Positions 1 to 7,221 of a stretch of 8,160 nucleotides of DNA are shown one piece after another; positions within the stretch are counted from its first letter, which is position 1; every line of letters begins with the position of its first letter. Below the pieces are notes generated by a model, which was given only the letters and a program-made list of their open reading frames with translations, was not told where the DNA came from and did not search any database. The position numbers were made by a program, and so were the translations under genes. This DNA comes from a virus (lineage: Duplodnaviria; Heunggongvirae; Uroviricota; Caudoviricetes): the IMG/VR virus record IMGVR_UViG_2671180778_000006. One strand, written 5' to 3'.

Positions 1-131
1 TGAAGACGTAAAGCTTCAGTGATCCAGGTCCGGTGTTTCATACGATAGTGTCCATTAAAAATGATGGACATTATTTTTGTAGAGCCGGAGGAAACAGACC
101 AGACGGTTTAAATGAGCCGGTTACGAAAAAA

Positions 132-344
132 ATGGCAATTGTCGATAAAAAGGGTCTGGAGTACATTCCTAATATCGATCGTATGATCCGTGAGAAAGAA
201 TGTCGGGAGCTAACCACTCTTGCGAACAGCACACGCTGGAAGCTGGAGAAGGAAGGAAAATTTCCTAAGCGGATCAAGATTGGTTCCACTGCTGTTGCAT
301 ATCGTCTTTCAGAAGTGCAGGCATGGATTAGGGGAGAGTGGTAA
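132..344 (+). CDS. alpA: AlpA-family (prophage CP4-57 regulatory protein-like) HTH transcriptional regulator
   Basis: The C-terminal 55 residues (MIREKECRELTTLANSTRWKLEKEGKFPKRIKIGSTAVAYRLSEVQAWI) fit the AlpA/Phage_AlpA helix-turn-helix pattern. Start is ambiguous: ATG at 132 has no clear Shine-Dalgarno; the ORF track extends to a GTG at 33. Confidence 0.8.
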   Translation: MAIVDKKGLEYIPNIDRMIREKECRELTTLANSTRWKLEKEGKFPKRIKIGSTAVAYRLSEVQAWIRGEW

Positions 345-363
345 GAATTTAGACAGTGGATGT

Positions 364-390
364 AATCCTATGGGGTAAACCCATAGGATT
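364..390. terminator. Perfect 11-bp stem / 5-nt loop hairpin between convergent genes (possible bidirectional terminator)
   Basis: aatcctatggg (364-374), loop gtaaa, cccataggatt (380-390). It lies between the alpA stop (344) and the stop of the minus-strand 449-aa gene (396). The flanking U-tracts are weak, so terminator function is uncertain. Confidence 0.4.
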
Positions 391-395
391 TGAAA

Positions 396-1745
396 TCACT
401 TAAATTCAAATACGTGCGTAGTTGATGAGATTATATAATTAGGTGGTAAGTATTGAACTATTTCTCCATCTTCTTCAAAAATATGAATAACTCTTGGGAA
501 TAATTCAGGGCGTATAGGATTTAATGCCTTCGGATTATGAAACATGTATATTGCTGTACACCATGGTTCTTGATATGAAGGTGCATTGACAAGAGCAGTA
601 AAAGGCATTGGGGTACAGCCTTCATCAGTTTTAATACCTCTAACGATGGATTTGACATTTTTTTGTTCAATCCCTGCCACTACTCCCATCCTATCAAATT
701 TTGGGATGGTGGCATGTGTCGCAAGTAATATGGCTGAGACATTCTCATTTTTATTAGAGCCGAAAAAATTAGATTGTATACTTCGATTTTCAAATAAATG
801 TTGTTCAATTTTACTTCCAGAATCCATATCTACACCATACAGATAGCTTTGTAGTGCTGGCATTGATATACTCATCGAAAATCTGCGTGAGTAATCGTGT
901 AAAGCAATAATGAAAGGCTTTCCTTTTGTATGATCTAGTTCCCAATAGCATAATTTTAAGGGTTCAGGTTTATGCCTAACTTTCTTTAATAGAGTGCGGG
1001 CAAATTTGAATGGCATTTGTTCTTTTACATATCTCTGAAGATCTTCTACTGCCTCATGATCAAGTATCAATTTCTCGGTAGGTTCCTCTTGTTCTGCAAC
1101 TGTGGCAGCTTCTACAGCAATATCAATGCCATTTTTTGAGATAATATAATCAGGTTGAGCATAATCTCTGCATATTACGAAATCCATTTCGTAGAAAACT
1201 GCGTTTAGATAAAGTTCGAATAAGCGAGAGTTAAATGAAGCACTCTGGAAATCTCTGATGAATATTCCATCAGGATCTTTACACCAATAAGCTAACTCTT
1301 GCATAACAATAAATGCAGGATAGTGTTTGGGTTCCTCAAGTAGCATTCTTAGATAAACGTTTTTTTTATGTTCTGGAACTTTGGCTAGGAATATTGAAAA
1401 TGCCGACTCTGATTCGTCACCCTGTATAAAACAACCGTTCTTGTGTAGTGATAATAGCTCTGGTATGGCTTTTTCCATATCAGTAATTAAATCATCTTTA
1501 GATTCACGGGATACAATTACTTTAATCGCTCTAAATTTTTTATCTAAATCCCTACCTAGAAATATAGCGTTGTAATCATTATCTATTTTACAAAAAACAA
1601 TTGTTGCTAAGATCGTGACATCATCCTTTATAAATTTGAACCAACAGATTTCCTCCGAAAAGGTTTTTACGTATGGTGTACGACCATAGAAAAATACATC
1701 AAATTGTTCTTTACTGATTTCTAGCATTTTGTGACTTGTTGTCAT
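396..1745 (-). CDS. Hypothetical 449-aa protein, family not recognised; candidate effector of a cargo (possibly anti-phage) operon
   Basis: Uninterrupted 1350-nt ORF with ATG start and an upstream AAGGA Shine-Dalgarno at 7-nt spacing. It starts 23 nt downstream of the RHH gene on the same strand. Composition is markedly AT-rich compared with the roughly balanced flanking genes. By eye there is no Walker A, HEPN Rx4-6H, HNH or transmembrane signature. Confidence 0.85.
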   Translation of the reverse strand: MTTSHKMLEISKEQFDVFFYGRTPYVKTFSEEICWFKFIKDDVTILATIVFCKIDNDYNAIFLGRDLDKKFRAIKVIVSRESKDDLITDMEKAIPELLSLHKNGCFIQGDESESAFSIFLAKVPEHKKNVYLRMLLEEPKHYPAFIVMQELAYWCKDPDGIFIRDFQSASFNSRLFELYLNAVFYEMDFVICRDYAQPDYIISKNGIDIAVEAATVAEQEEPTEKLILDHEAVEDLQRYVKEQMPFKFARTLLKKVRHKPEPLKLCYWELDHTKGKPFIIALHDYSRRFSMSISMPALQSYLYGVDMDSGSKIEQHLFENRSIQSNFFGSNKNENVSAILLATHATIPKFDRMGVVAGIEQKNVKSIVRGIKTDEGCTPMPFTALVNAPSYQEPWCTAIYMFHNPKALNPIRPELFPRVIHIFEEDGEIVQYLPPNYIISSTTHVFEFK

Positions 1746-1768
1746 AGAAGAATCCTTTATGCAAATTA

Positions 1769-1963
1769 TCAGCCTTTAGGTGTTATTCCTTGTTTTATTA
1801 GTTCGGCACGAGCCAGTTCTTTTAGCCAGTTACCTAAGCTCATCCCTTCTTTGGCAGCGACATTAACCATTTGTTCTTTTAATTCTGGGTTAATACGGAC
1901 TTGGAATGCTGGTGCTTTACCTGCACCTTTCGGTTGTTTATCACGTTGAATGATAGTTGACAT
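1769..1963 (-). CDS. Ribbon-helix-helix (Arc/MetJ/CopG-like) DNA-binding protein, probable operon regulator
   Basis: 64 aa. FQVRINPELKEQMVNVAAKEGMSLGNWLKELARAEL matches the beta-strand plus two-helix RHH pattern (compare Arc and Mnt repressors). ATG at 1961-1963 on the minus strand with AGGU about 9 nt upstream in the mRNA. First gene of the leftward operon. Confidence 0.7.
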   Translation of the reverse strand: MSTIIQRDKQPKGAGKAPAFQVRINPELKEQMVNVAAKEGMSLGNWLKELARAELIKQGITPKG

Positions 1964-2005
1964 GTGTGTACCTATTGCTTAGTATGATTCTTGATAGGTA
2001 CACAC
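1964..2005 (-). promoter_or_regulatory. Perfect 12-bp inverted repeat (GTGTGTACCTAT, 18-nt spacer, ATAGGTACACAC): candidate operator or RBS-sequestering leader hairpin
   Basis: Left arm 1964-1975 and right arm 1994-2005 are exact reverse complements. The repeat abuts the RHH start codon and contains its Shine-Dalgarno in the transcribed leader. Confidence 0.5.
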
Positions 2006-2023
2006 CTTATCATGTTTTATTGC

Positions 2024-2052
2024 TATATAACAACGCCCTGCAGTGCTCGCAA
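2024..2052 (-). promoter_or_regulatory. Putative sigma70 promoter for the leftward RHH/449-aa operon
   Basis: Read on the minus strand: -35 TTGCGA (plus 2047-2052), 17-nt spacer, -10 TATATA (plus 2024-2029). Each hexamer is only a 4/6 match, so this is weak by-eye evidence. Confidence 0.3.
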
Positions 2053-2298
2053 CACATACAGGGCGTCTAACCACCAACGATAGCAACAGTATCGAGGTAG
2101 CTATGAGAAATCATACCACACACCCGCAAGGGCGGGATTCGCACAACCTGAATAAATACATCTGGCGTTTTATCGCCCTGAGCACCGCACAACCACGCGT
2201 AATACACATCGAGGCCGCCAGCGAACAGGAAGCCCGCCAGCAATCCCCAACTGGCTACGTGATGATATTCGCCGCCCGTATTCGTCAGGAGGTGTGCC

Positions 2299-2484
2299 GT
2301 GCTTAAAACCTTCCGTGTATTTGCCCGAGCTGTTAACCCACTGGGCCACACAATTGGTATCACTCAGAACGTGAAGGCTGTTAATGTTCAGACGGCTATT
2401 GCTGCGGTGAGAAGCGAATCATCAGAATATGGCTTATCACAAGTCATTATTTCAGCAGTGTATGAATTAAAAGAGGTGCATTAA
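2299..2484 (+). CDS. Hypothetical small protein (61 aa), first gene of the rightward replication operon
   Basis: GTG start preceded by a strong AGGAGG Shine-Dalgarno (2287-2292) at 6-nt spacing. Its stop overlaps the next start (TAATG). Confidence 0.5.
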   Translation: MLKTFRVFARAVNPLGHTIGITQNVKAVNVQTAIAAVRSESSEYGLSQVIISAVYELKEVH

Positions 2485-2675
2485 TGCAGGAAATCACATT
2501 ACACGAAGCCGCTGAACGTGCGCACCAGACAGAAATTATTTGCCGCCTTCTTGAGGTATACCCGAACAAAATTACAGATGCTGATATATCCGCGCTGGCG
2601 AGCCTACTGGCGCGCCTTTCGGGAAGTGTCGCTAGTTTCCTGATTGAGGAAGAAAGTAAGCTGGTGGGGGATTAA
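2484..2675 (+). CDS. Hypothetical small protein (63 aa)
   Basis: ATG overlapping the upstream stop; AAGAGGTG Shine-Dalgarno at 2471-2478. Same strand and tight coupling with its neighbours. Confidence 0.5.
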   Translation: MQEITLHEAAERAHQTEIICRLLEVYPNKITDADISALASLLARLSGSVASFLIEEESKLVGD

Positions 2676-2897
2676 ATGAATACAGAACGGGAAGTCTTTT
2701 TTAAATTGTTAGCATGTGCAGAAAGTTCATTAACTTTAAATAATTCAGCAAAAGCAATATTAAATATGTGGCTTGATTGCATAAATGACAATGAAGATGC
2801 AAATATTGCTTATGGCCTGTTGTCACTTATTGATGAATCAGCAGAAAAACTCAATGACGCAATAAATAGTGCCCTGCTATCAAATAAGTCGAGTTAA
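2676..2897 (+). CDS. Hypothetical small protein (73 aa), AT-rich
   Basis: ATG immediately after the upstream TAA; G-rich Shine-Dalgarno upstream. Composition is distinctly more AT-rich than the neighbouring ORFs. Confidence 0.45.
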   Translation: MNTEREVFFKLLACAESSLTLNNSAKAILNMWLDCINDNEDANIAYGLLSLIDESAEKLNDAINSALLSNKSS

Positions 2898-2914
2898 GTC
2901 GAGGAATAAATAAT

Positions 2915-3214
2915 ATGGAAATGAAAAATTCTGGCTTTATTGCCAGCGGCCCCGCTCGGCCTGAATTTATGAACGGCGATATTTACCGCGATAAATACGG
3001 CGGCACGGTAACGATTAAAGGCGTGGCAGAACGGCGCATCACTTACCGCCGTGAGGGGTATAGCTATGACTGCGTGATGCCTGTTTATCAGTTCCGGCGT
3101 GATTTTTCCCTGGTATATGCCGCACCCCGCAGTAAGCCCATCAGCAGGGAAAAAGCGCGGGGAAACATCCAGAAAATGAAAAGCATGATTAACGCATTCA
3201 GGGGCAAAAAATGA
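2915..3214 (+). CDS. Hypothetical protein (99 aa) upstream of the primase
   Basis: ATG with GAGGA Shine-Dalgarno at 2901-2905. Its stop overlaps the primase start (ATGA at 3211-3214), implying translational coupling. Confidence 0.5.
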   Translation: MEMKNSGFIASGPARPEFMNGDIYRDKYGGTVTIKGVAERRITYRREGYSYDCVMPVYQFRRDFSLVYAAPRSKPISREKARGNIQKMKSMINAFRGKK

Positions 3215-4962
3215 AACTGGCACCGAACTTAAAAAAACAGCCACGCGACAGACTGACAGAGGTAATCATCTTTGCAGGTAGTGATGCGTGGAGCCATGCG
3301 AAAGAGTGGCGGGAATGGGCGGGTAAACATATTGCCGCCGACGATGTGCCGCCTGTCGTGCTGGCTGATGAGCAACTGAAAAATATCACCGATTACCGGA
3401 TCATTGATGAAGATCGTCAGTGTGTGCGTGTTTACCGCGCAGGACATATCACAGAGCACAGCATGACGCAGATTGTTACGTTACTGGCTGTGGCTGGAGT
3501 GAAGACCGTACACGAATACGCGGGGATTACTGACACCAGCCCAGTGGATTTATCCGAGCAGTTGCCGCGACTCAAAGAGGAATGCGAGCGTGGGGAAAGT
3601 CTGGTGCTTAATCTTCCGACGAAGCAAAAGGCGCAACTTTCACAGATGGCAGACAGTGAACGTGCACAACTACTTGCCGATCGCTTTGATGGTGTGTGTG
3701 TTCATGCAGAAAGTGAAATCGTCCACGTATGGCGCGGCGGGGTATGGTGTCCGGTCAGCACAATGGAGCTGAGCCGCGAAATGGTGGCGATCTATTCAGA
3801 GCACAGGGCCACGTTCAGCAAACGTGTAATCAATAACGCCGTGGAAGCGTTAAAAGTTATTGCCGACCCCATGGGGGAGCCGTCCGGTGATTTGCTACCG
3901 TTCACTAATGGTGTGCTTAACCTGAAAACGGGGGAATTTTCTCCGCACTCGCCGGAGCACTGGAGCACCACGCACAATGGCATTGAGTACACGCCACCAG
4001 TAGCAGGGGAAAACATCCGCGATAATGCGCCAAATTTCCATAAATGGCTTGAACATGCTGCAAGAAAAGACCCGCGTAAGATGATGCGTATATGTGCCGC
4101 GTTATACATGATTATGGCGAACCGCTACGACTGGCAGATGTTCATTGAGGCCACCGGAGACGGGGGAAGCGGTAAGAGTACATTTACCCATATTGCCACC
4201 CTGCTTGCTGGCAAACAGAACACCGTAAGCGCGGAGATGACATCACTCGATGATGCAGGAGGGCGCGCGCAGGTTGTCGGGAGTCGTCTTATCGTCCTTG
4301 CCGATCAGCCGAAATATACGGGGGAAGGCACGGGCATCAAGAAAATCACGGGAGGCGATCCCGTTGAAATTAACCCGAAATATGAGCAGCGATTCACGAC
4401 GATAATAAGGGCGGTGGTACTGGCAACCAATAACGACCCGATGATCTTTACCGAACGGGCCGGAGGTGTGTCACGCCGTCGGGTGATTTTCCGGTTCGAC
4501 AACATTGTAAGGGAGGACGAAAAAGACAAGGAATTACCGGAAAAGATAGCGGCAGAAATCCCCGTAATTATCCGCCGCTTGCTGGCTAATTTTGCTGCCC
4601 CTGAAAAGGCACGGGCTTTATTACTGGAACAGCGTGACGGTGATGAAGCTCTGGCAATAAAGCAGCAAACGGATCCGGTTGTTGAGCTTTGCGCGGCGCT
4701 GGAGTTTCTGGAGGAAGCTCGTGGGCTAATGATGGGCGGTGGTGGTGACACCGTGAAGTACACGACCAGAAACAGCCTTTACCGTGTCTATATGGCCTTC
4801 ATGGCATACACAGGAAAGGGGAAATGTTTGAGCGTGAATGAGTTCGGAAAGGCTATGAGGTCAGCGGCGAAAGTTTACGGATATGAATATATTACGCGAA
4901 AAGTTAAGGGAGTCACGCAGACCAACGCAACGACTACTGATGATTGCGATGCGTTTTTATAA
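3211..4962 (+). CDS. Phage/plasmid primase-helicase, P4 / D5-like family (satellite pri-rep replication initiator)
   Basis: 583 aa. Walker A GDGGSGKST (4156-4182) and Walker B-like LIVLAD. The LLPFTNGVLNLKTGEFSPHSPEHWST block is typical of the D5-N / P4-type primase C-terminal region. An iteron array follows directly downstream. No primase catalytic motif was recognised in the first ~170 residues. Confidence 0.8.
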   Translation: MKLAPNLKKQPRDRLTEVIIFAGSDAWSHAKEWREWAGKHIAADDVPPVVLADEQLKNITDYRIIDEDRQCVRVYRAGHITEHSMTQIVTLLAVAGVKTVHEYAGITDTSPVDLSEQLPRLKEECERGESLVLNLPTKQKAQLSQMADSERAQLLADRFDGVCVHAESEIVHVWRGGVWCPVSTMELSREMVAIYSEHRATFSKRVINNAVEALKVIADPMGEPSGDLLPFTNGVLNLKTGEFSPHSPEHWSTTHNGIEYTPPVAGENIRDNAPNFHKWLEHAARKDPRKMMRICAALYMIMANRYDWQMFIEATGDGGSGKSTFTHIATLLAGKQNTVSAEMTSLDDAGGRAQVVGSRLIVLADQPKYTGEGTGIKKITGGDPVEINPKYEQRFTTIIRAVVLATNNDPMIFTERAGGVSRRRVIFRFDNIVREDEKDKELPEKIAAEIPVIIRRLLANFAAPEKARALLLEQRDGDEALAIKQQTDPVVELCAALEFLEEARGLMMGGGGDTVKYTTRNSLYRVYMAFMAYTGKGKCLSVNEFGKAMRSAAKVYGYEYITRKVKGVTQTNATTTDDCDAFL

Positions 4963-4975
4963 AAAATGGCAATGG

Positions 4976-5207
4976 TTATCTACCTTGTCTACCTGACTGA
5001 AAGAAAATACTTTTATTTCAATGTATTAATGCAGGTAGATAACTATTTTTCACTGTCTACCTGTTATCTACCTTATCTACCCATTTTTGTAGACAGGTAA
5101 GGAGACGGGTAGAGATGAGGTAGACAGCTATTTGGGGCTGTCTACCTCCCTGAAACCCGCGCCATTACTGGCCTGATAACTAATCAGGTAGACAAGGTAG
5201 ACAAGGT
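4976..5207. repeat. Iteron-type replication origin (about 11 copies of TCTACC / GGTAGA in both orientations, plus an AT-rich stretch)
   Basis: TCTACC at 4979, 4988, 5056, 5067, 5076 and 5141. Reverse-orientation GGTAGA at 5034, 5108, 5119, 5187 and 5196, the last two as a tandem GGTAGACAA pair. AT-rich stretch at 5001-5030. Position immediately 3' of the primase gene. Confidence 0.75.
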
Positions 5208-5251
5208 GGTGGTGCACAAAAAACTTTTTAAACGAGGGGGTAAAAATAAAA

Positions 5252-5509
5252 ATGCACACATCAGGAAAACTGAACAAACATATAAAGCCACATTACCGCG
5301 CCCTTGATATGGCTGAACACTGGCTAAGGGTGGCGATTAAGGCAATAGACCGCAACGCCGGGGAAGGATACGCGAAAGCACATCCCGAACTGATAAGCGC
5401 ATTCATGACAACGGCGGCTGCAAACTTTGCCACGCTGACCGAACGGGAGATTGCTGAAGCGGAGGAAGTGACAACAATCAATATTAAGTCCGGAGAGCAG
5501 GCAGCATGA
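5252..5509 (+). CDS. Hypothetical protein (85 aa), translationally coupled to the SSB-like gene
   Basis: ATG with GAGGGGG upstream. Its stop overlaps the next start (ATGA at 5506-5509). No family recognised. Confidence 0.5.
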   Translation: MHTSGKLNKHIKPHYRALDMAEHWLRVAIKAIDRNAGEGYAKAHPELISAFMTTAAANFATLTEREIAEAEEVTTINIKSGEQAA

Positions 5510-5955
5510 CGGCGCAAATATCAGTTTACGGGCGGTTGGTGGACGACCCGCAGACAAAACAGACCAGCAAGGGCACCCCCATGACGCTGGCGCGTATGGC
5601 GGTATCACTGCCCTGCAGTCAGTCGGATGACGGTCTGGCGACGTTGTGGTTATCTGTCCTGGCGTTTGGCAGACAAGCCGACGCGCTGGCAAAGCATCAC
5701 AAAGGCGAACTCCTGAGCGTGGCGGGTAACATGCAGATGAGCCAGTGGACTGGACAGAACGGCGAAACGCGGCAGGGCTGGCAGGTTATCGCAGACAGCG
5801 TAATCAGTGCGCGATCGGTGCGACCGGGCGGCAAAAAAGGCCAACAGGGGCAGGCTACTGACGCACTGAACAGAGCAAAACAACAGGCAGATCAGCAAGG
5901 AAGCCAGCCACCAGAGGGAGATAATGAGCAATGGGGAGATGATATCCCGTTTTAA
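5506..5955 (+). CDS. Single-stranded DNA-binding protein-like (short OB-fold SSB with C-terminal DDIPF tail)
   Basis: 149 aa. The N-terminal pattern (VYGRLVDDPQ ... WLSVLAFGRQAD ... KGELLSVAGNMQMSQWTGQNGETRQGW) is consistent with the SSB OB fold. A Gly/Gln-rich linker and the terminal GDDIPF match the conserved acidic SSB tip. GGAGAG Shine-Dalgarno upstream. Confidence 0.7.
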   Translation: MTAQISVYGRLVDDPQTKQTSKGTPMTLARMAVSLPCSQSDDGLATLWLSVLAFGRQADALAKHHKGELLSVAGNMQMSQWTGQNGETRQGWQVIADSVISARSVRPGGKKGQQGQATDALNRAKQQADQQGSQPPEGDNEQWGDDIPF

Positions 5956-5973
5956 ATATTGCCAATAAAAAAA

Positions 5974-5997
5974 GCCGGAAAAAATAAATTTTCCGGC
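5974..5997 (-). terminator. Hairpin with a 7-nt U-run on the minus strand (intrinsic terminator oriented leftward)
   Basis: Stem GCCGGAAAA (5974-5982) pairs with TTTTCCGGC (5989-5997), 6-nt loop. An A7 run at 5967-5973 on the plus strand gives a U7 tail in the minus-strand RNA. There is no U-tract on the plus-strand side. Confidence 0.4.
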
Positions 5998-6107
5998 ATG
6001 CTACATAAATCCCGACCAAAGGGAGTGAAGATATTAACACTAATTGTCCGCACTGAAGTTGTCACCCCAAAACTTTATACAACATTGCACTCGGTTGCAT
6101 GTGTTCG

Positions 6108-6136
6108 CATGACAAATATCGGTGATAGCATATATC
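6108..6136 (+). promoter_or_regulatory. Putative sigma70 promoter upstream of the capsid gene
   Basis: -35 ATGACA (6108-6113), 17-nt spacer, -10 TATATC (6131-6136), about 35 nt upstream of the capsid ATG. Weak, by eye only. Confidence 0.25.
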
Positions 6137-6171
6137 CACAATTATTTTTAATGAATGCAAAGAGGATGCGT

Positions 6172-7212
6172 ATGGTTGATTTATATTCGCCTACCCAGCT
6201 TGTACAGGTGGTTAATGCTGTAGATGTACAAAAACAACTAAATGCGTTGTTTACCAGTTTGTTTTTTACTCGCTCGGTAATGTTTGGATCGCGCGATATT
6301 ATTCTTGATACAATCGACGATCCAAATATCCCAATTGCAGCGTTTTGTTCTCCTATGGTGGGTAGTAAAGTTTCACGTGACGAAGGGTACGAATCAAAAA
6401 CAATTCGTCCAGGCTATATGAAGCCGAAAAGCAGCATTGATCCAAATAAGTTAGCTGTGCGCCCTGCTGGTGTATCACCTGAGCAATACAATGCTTTTGG
6501 GGCGCGTAATATTAAAGTTAAACAGGCGATTGTAAATCAAGCTAAAGCTATTCGTGCACGTATTGAATGGCTTGCCGTTCAGGCAATCACAACGGGGAAA
6601 AATATCATTGAGGGCGATGGTATTGAACGTTATGAGCTGGACTGGAATATTAAACCACAAAATATCATCACTCAGTCTGGCGGTACTGAGTGGTCAGGTA
6701 AGGATAAAGAAACTTTTGATCCAAATGATGATATTGAGAGCTACGCAGAATTTAGTGAGGGCGTCACTAATATCATCATTATGGGCGGTAATGTATGGAA
6801 GAAATACCGTTCATTCAGAGCGATAAAAGAGGCTCTGGATACCCGTCGTGGTTCTAATTCCGAACTGGAAACGGCCCTTAAAGACCTTGGTGATTCGGTG
6901 AGTTTTAAAGGATATATGGGCGATGTTGCGATTGTTGTTTACAGCGGGCGTTATACCGACGAGGACGGAACTGAAAAACATTTCCTTGATCCTGATTTGA
7001 TGGTGCTTGGCAATACGGCTCTTCAGGGGATTGTCGCCTATGGCGGTATTCAGGATCCGGAGCTAATCCGAATGGGGCTGACTAAAGCCGAACTTGCACC
7101 GAAAAACTATATTGTGCCTGGTGATCCGGCTATTGAATATGTGCAGACACATTCAGCACCACAGCCAATACCGGCCCGCATCAATCGTTTTGTTACCGTT
7201 CGCATTGGCTAA
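6172..7212 (+). CDS. Major capsid protein, phage lambda gpE-like
   Basis: Near-full-length similarity to lambda gpE as recalled from memory, including ITQSGGTEWS, DTRRGSNSELETA, GDVAIVVYSG and MVLGNT blocks and a matching N-terminus (MVDLYSPTQL against lambda MSMYTTAQLL). Start placed at ATG 6172 with GAGG at 6-nt spacing; the ORF track's upstream extension to 5959 is not supported. Confidence 0.9.
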   Translation: MVDLYSPTQLVQVVNAVDVQKQLNALFTSLFFTRSVMFGSRDIILDTIDDPNIPIAAFCSPMVGSKVSRDEGYESKTIRPGYMKPKSSIDPNKLAVRPAGVSPEQYNAFGARNIKVKQAIVNQAKAIRARIEWLAVQAITTGKNIIEGDGIERYELDWNIKPQNIITQSGGTEWSGKDKETFDPNDDIESYAEFSEGVTNIIIMGGNVWKKYRSFRAIKEALDTRRGSNSELETALKDLGDSVSFKGYMGDVAIVVYSGRYTDEDGTEKHFLDPDLMVLGNTALQGIVAYGGIQDPELIRMGLTKAELAPKNYIVPGDPAIEYVQTHSAPQPIPARINRFVTVRIG

Positions 7213-7221
7213 GGGGGAGCA

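Noticed and set aside
33-131. GTG-initiated N-terminal extension of the AlpA ORF
   Set aside because: The only Shine-Dalgarno-like AGGT is 3 nt from the GTG, too close. AlpA-family proteins are usually about 60-75 aa, which fits the ATG at 132. The start remains uncertain.
71-289. Minus-strand ORF antisense to alpA
   Set aside because: Fully overlaps the recognisable AlpA coding sequence and has no start signals.
1107-1190. Possible PD-(D/E)xK nuclease motif in the 449-aa protein (EMDFVICRDYAQPDYIISKNGIDIAVEAAT)
   Set aside because: A PD dipeptide and nearby acidic residues are present, but there is no properly spaced (D/E)xK. By eye this is not distinguishable from chance, so I make no nuclease claim.
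586-1575. Plus-strand ORFs 586-846 and 1381-1575
   Set aside because: They lie entirely antisense within the 449-aa gene, are short and have no ribosome-binding sites; likely frame artefacts of AT-rich sequence.
1731-1949. Plus-strand 72-aa ORF
   Set aside because: Antisense to the RHH gene, which has clear fold-level sequence features; no ribosome-binding site.
2894-4763. Several ORFs overlapping the primase operon (2894-3244 -, 3198-3389 -, 3229-3459 -, 3590-3772 +, 3792-4109 -, 4305-4763 -)
   Set aside because: All are nested in or antisense to the primase-helicase or the 99-aa ORF, which carry motif and operon evidence. Their low-complexity Ser/Ala/Arg-rich translations are typical of antisense frames.
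5293-6040. Minus-strand ORFs 5293-5517, 5324-5692, 5650-5931 and 5855-6040
   Set aside because: Antisense to the 85-aa and SSB-like genes. Cys/Arg-rich translations and no start signals.
5959-6171. Upstream extension of the capsid ORF (track start 5959, 417 aa)
   Set aside because: The homology to lambda gpE begins at MVDLYSPTQL (ATG 6172), which has a GAGG Shine-Dalgarno at correct spacing. The upstream part overlaps the terminator hairpin and has no ribosome-binding site.
6475-6826. ORFs 6475-6660 (-) and 6554-6826 (+) inside the capsid gene
   Set aside because: Overlap the strongly supported gpE-like reading frame.
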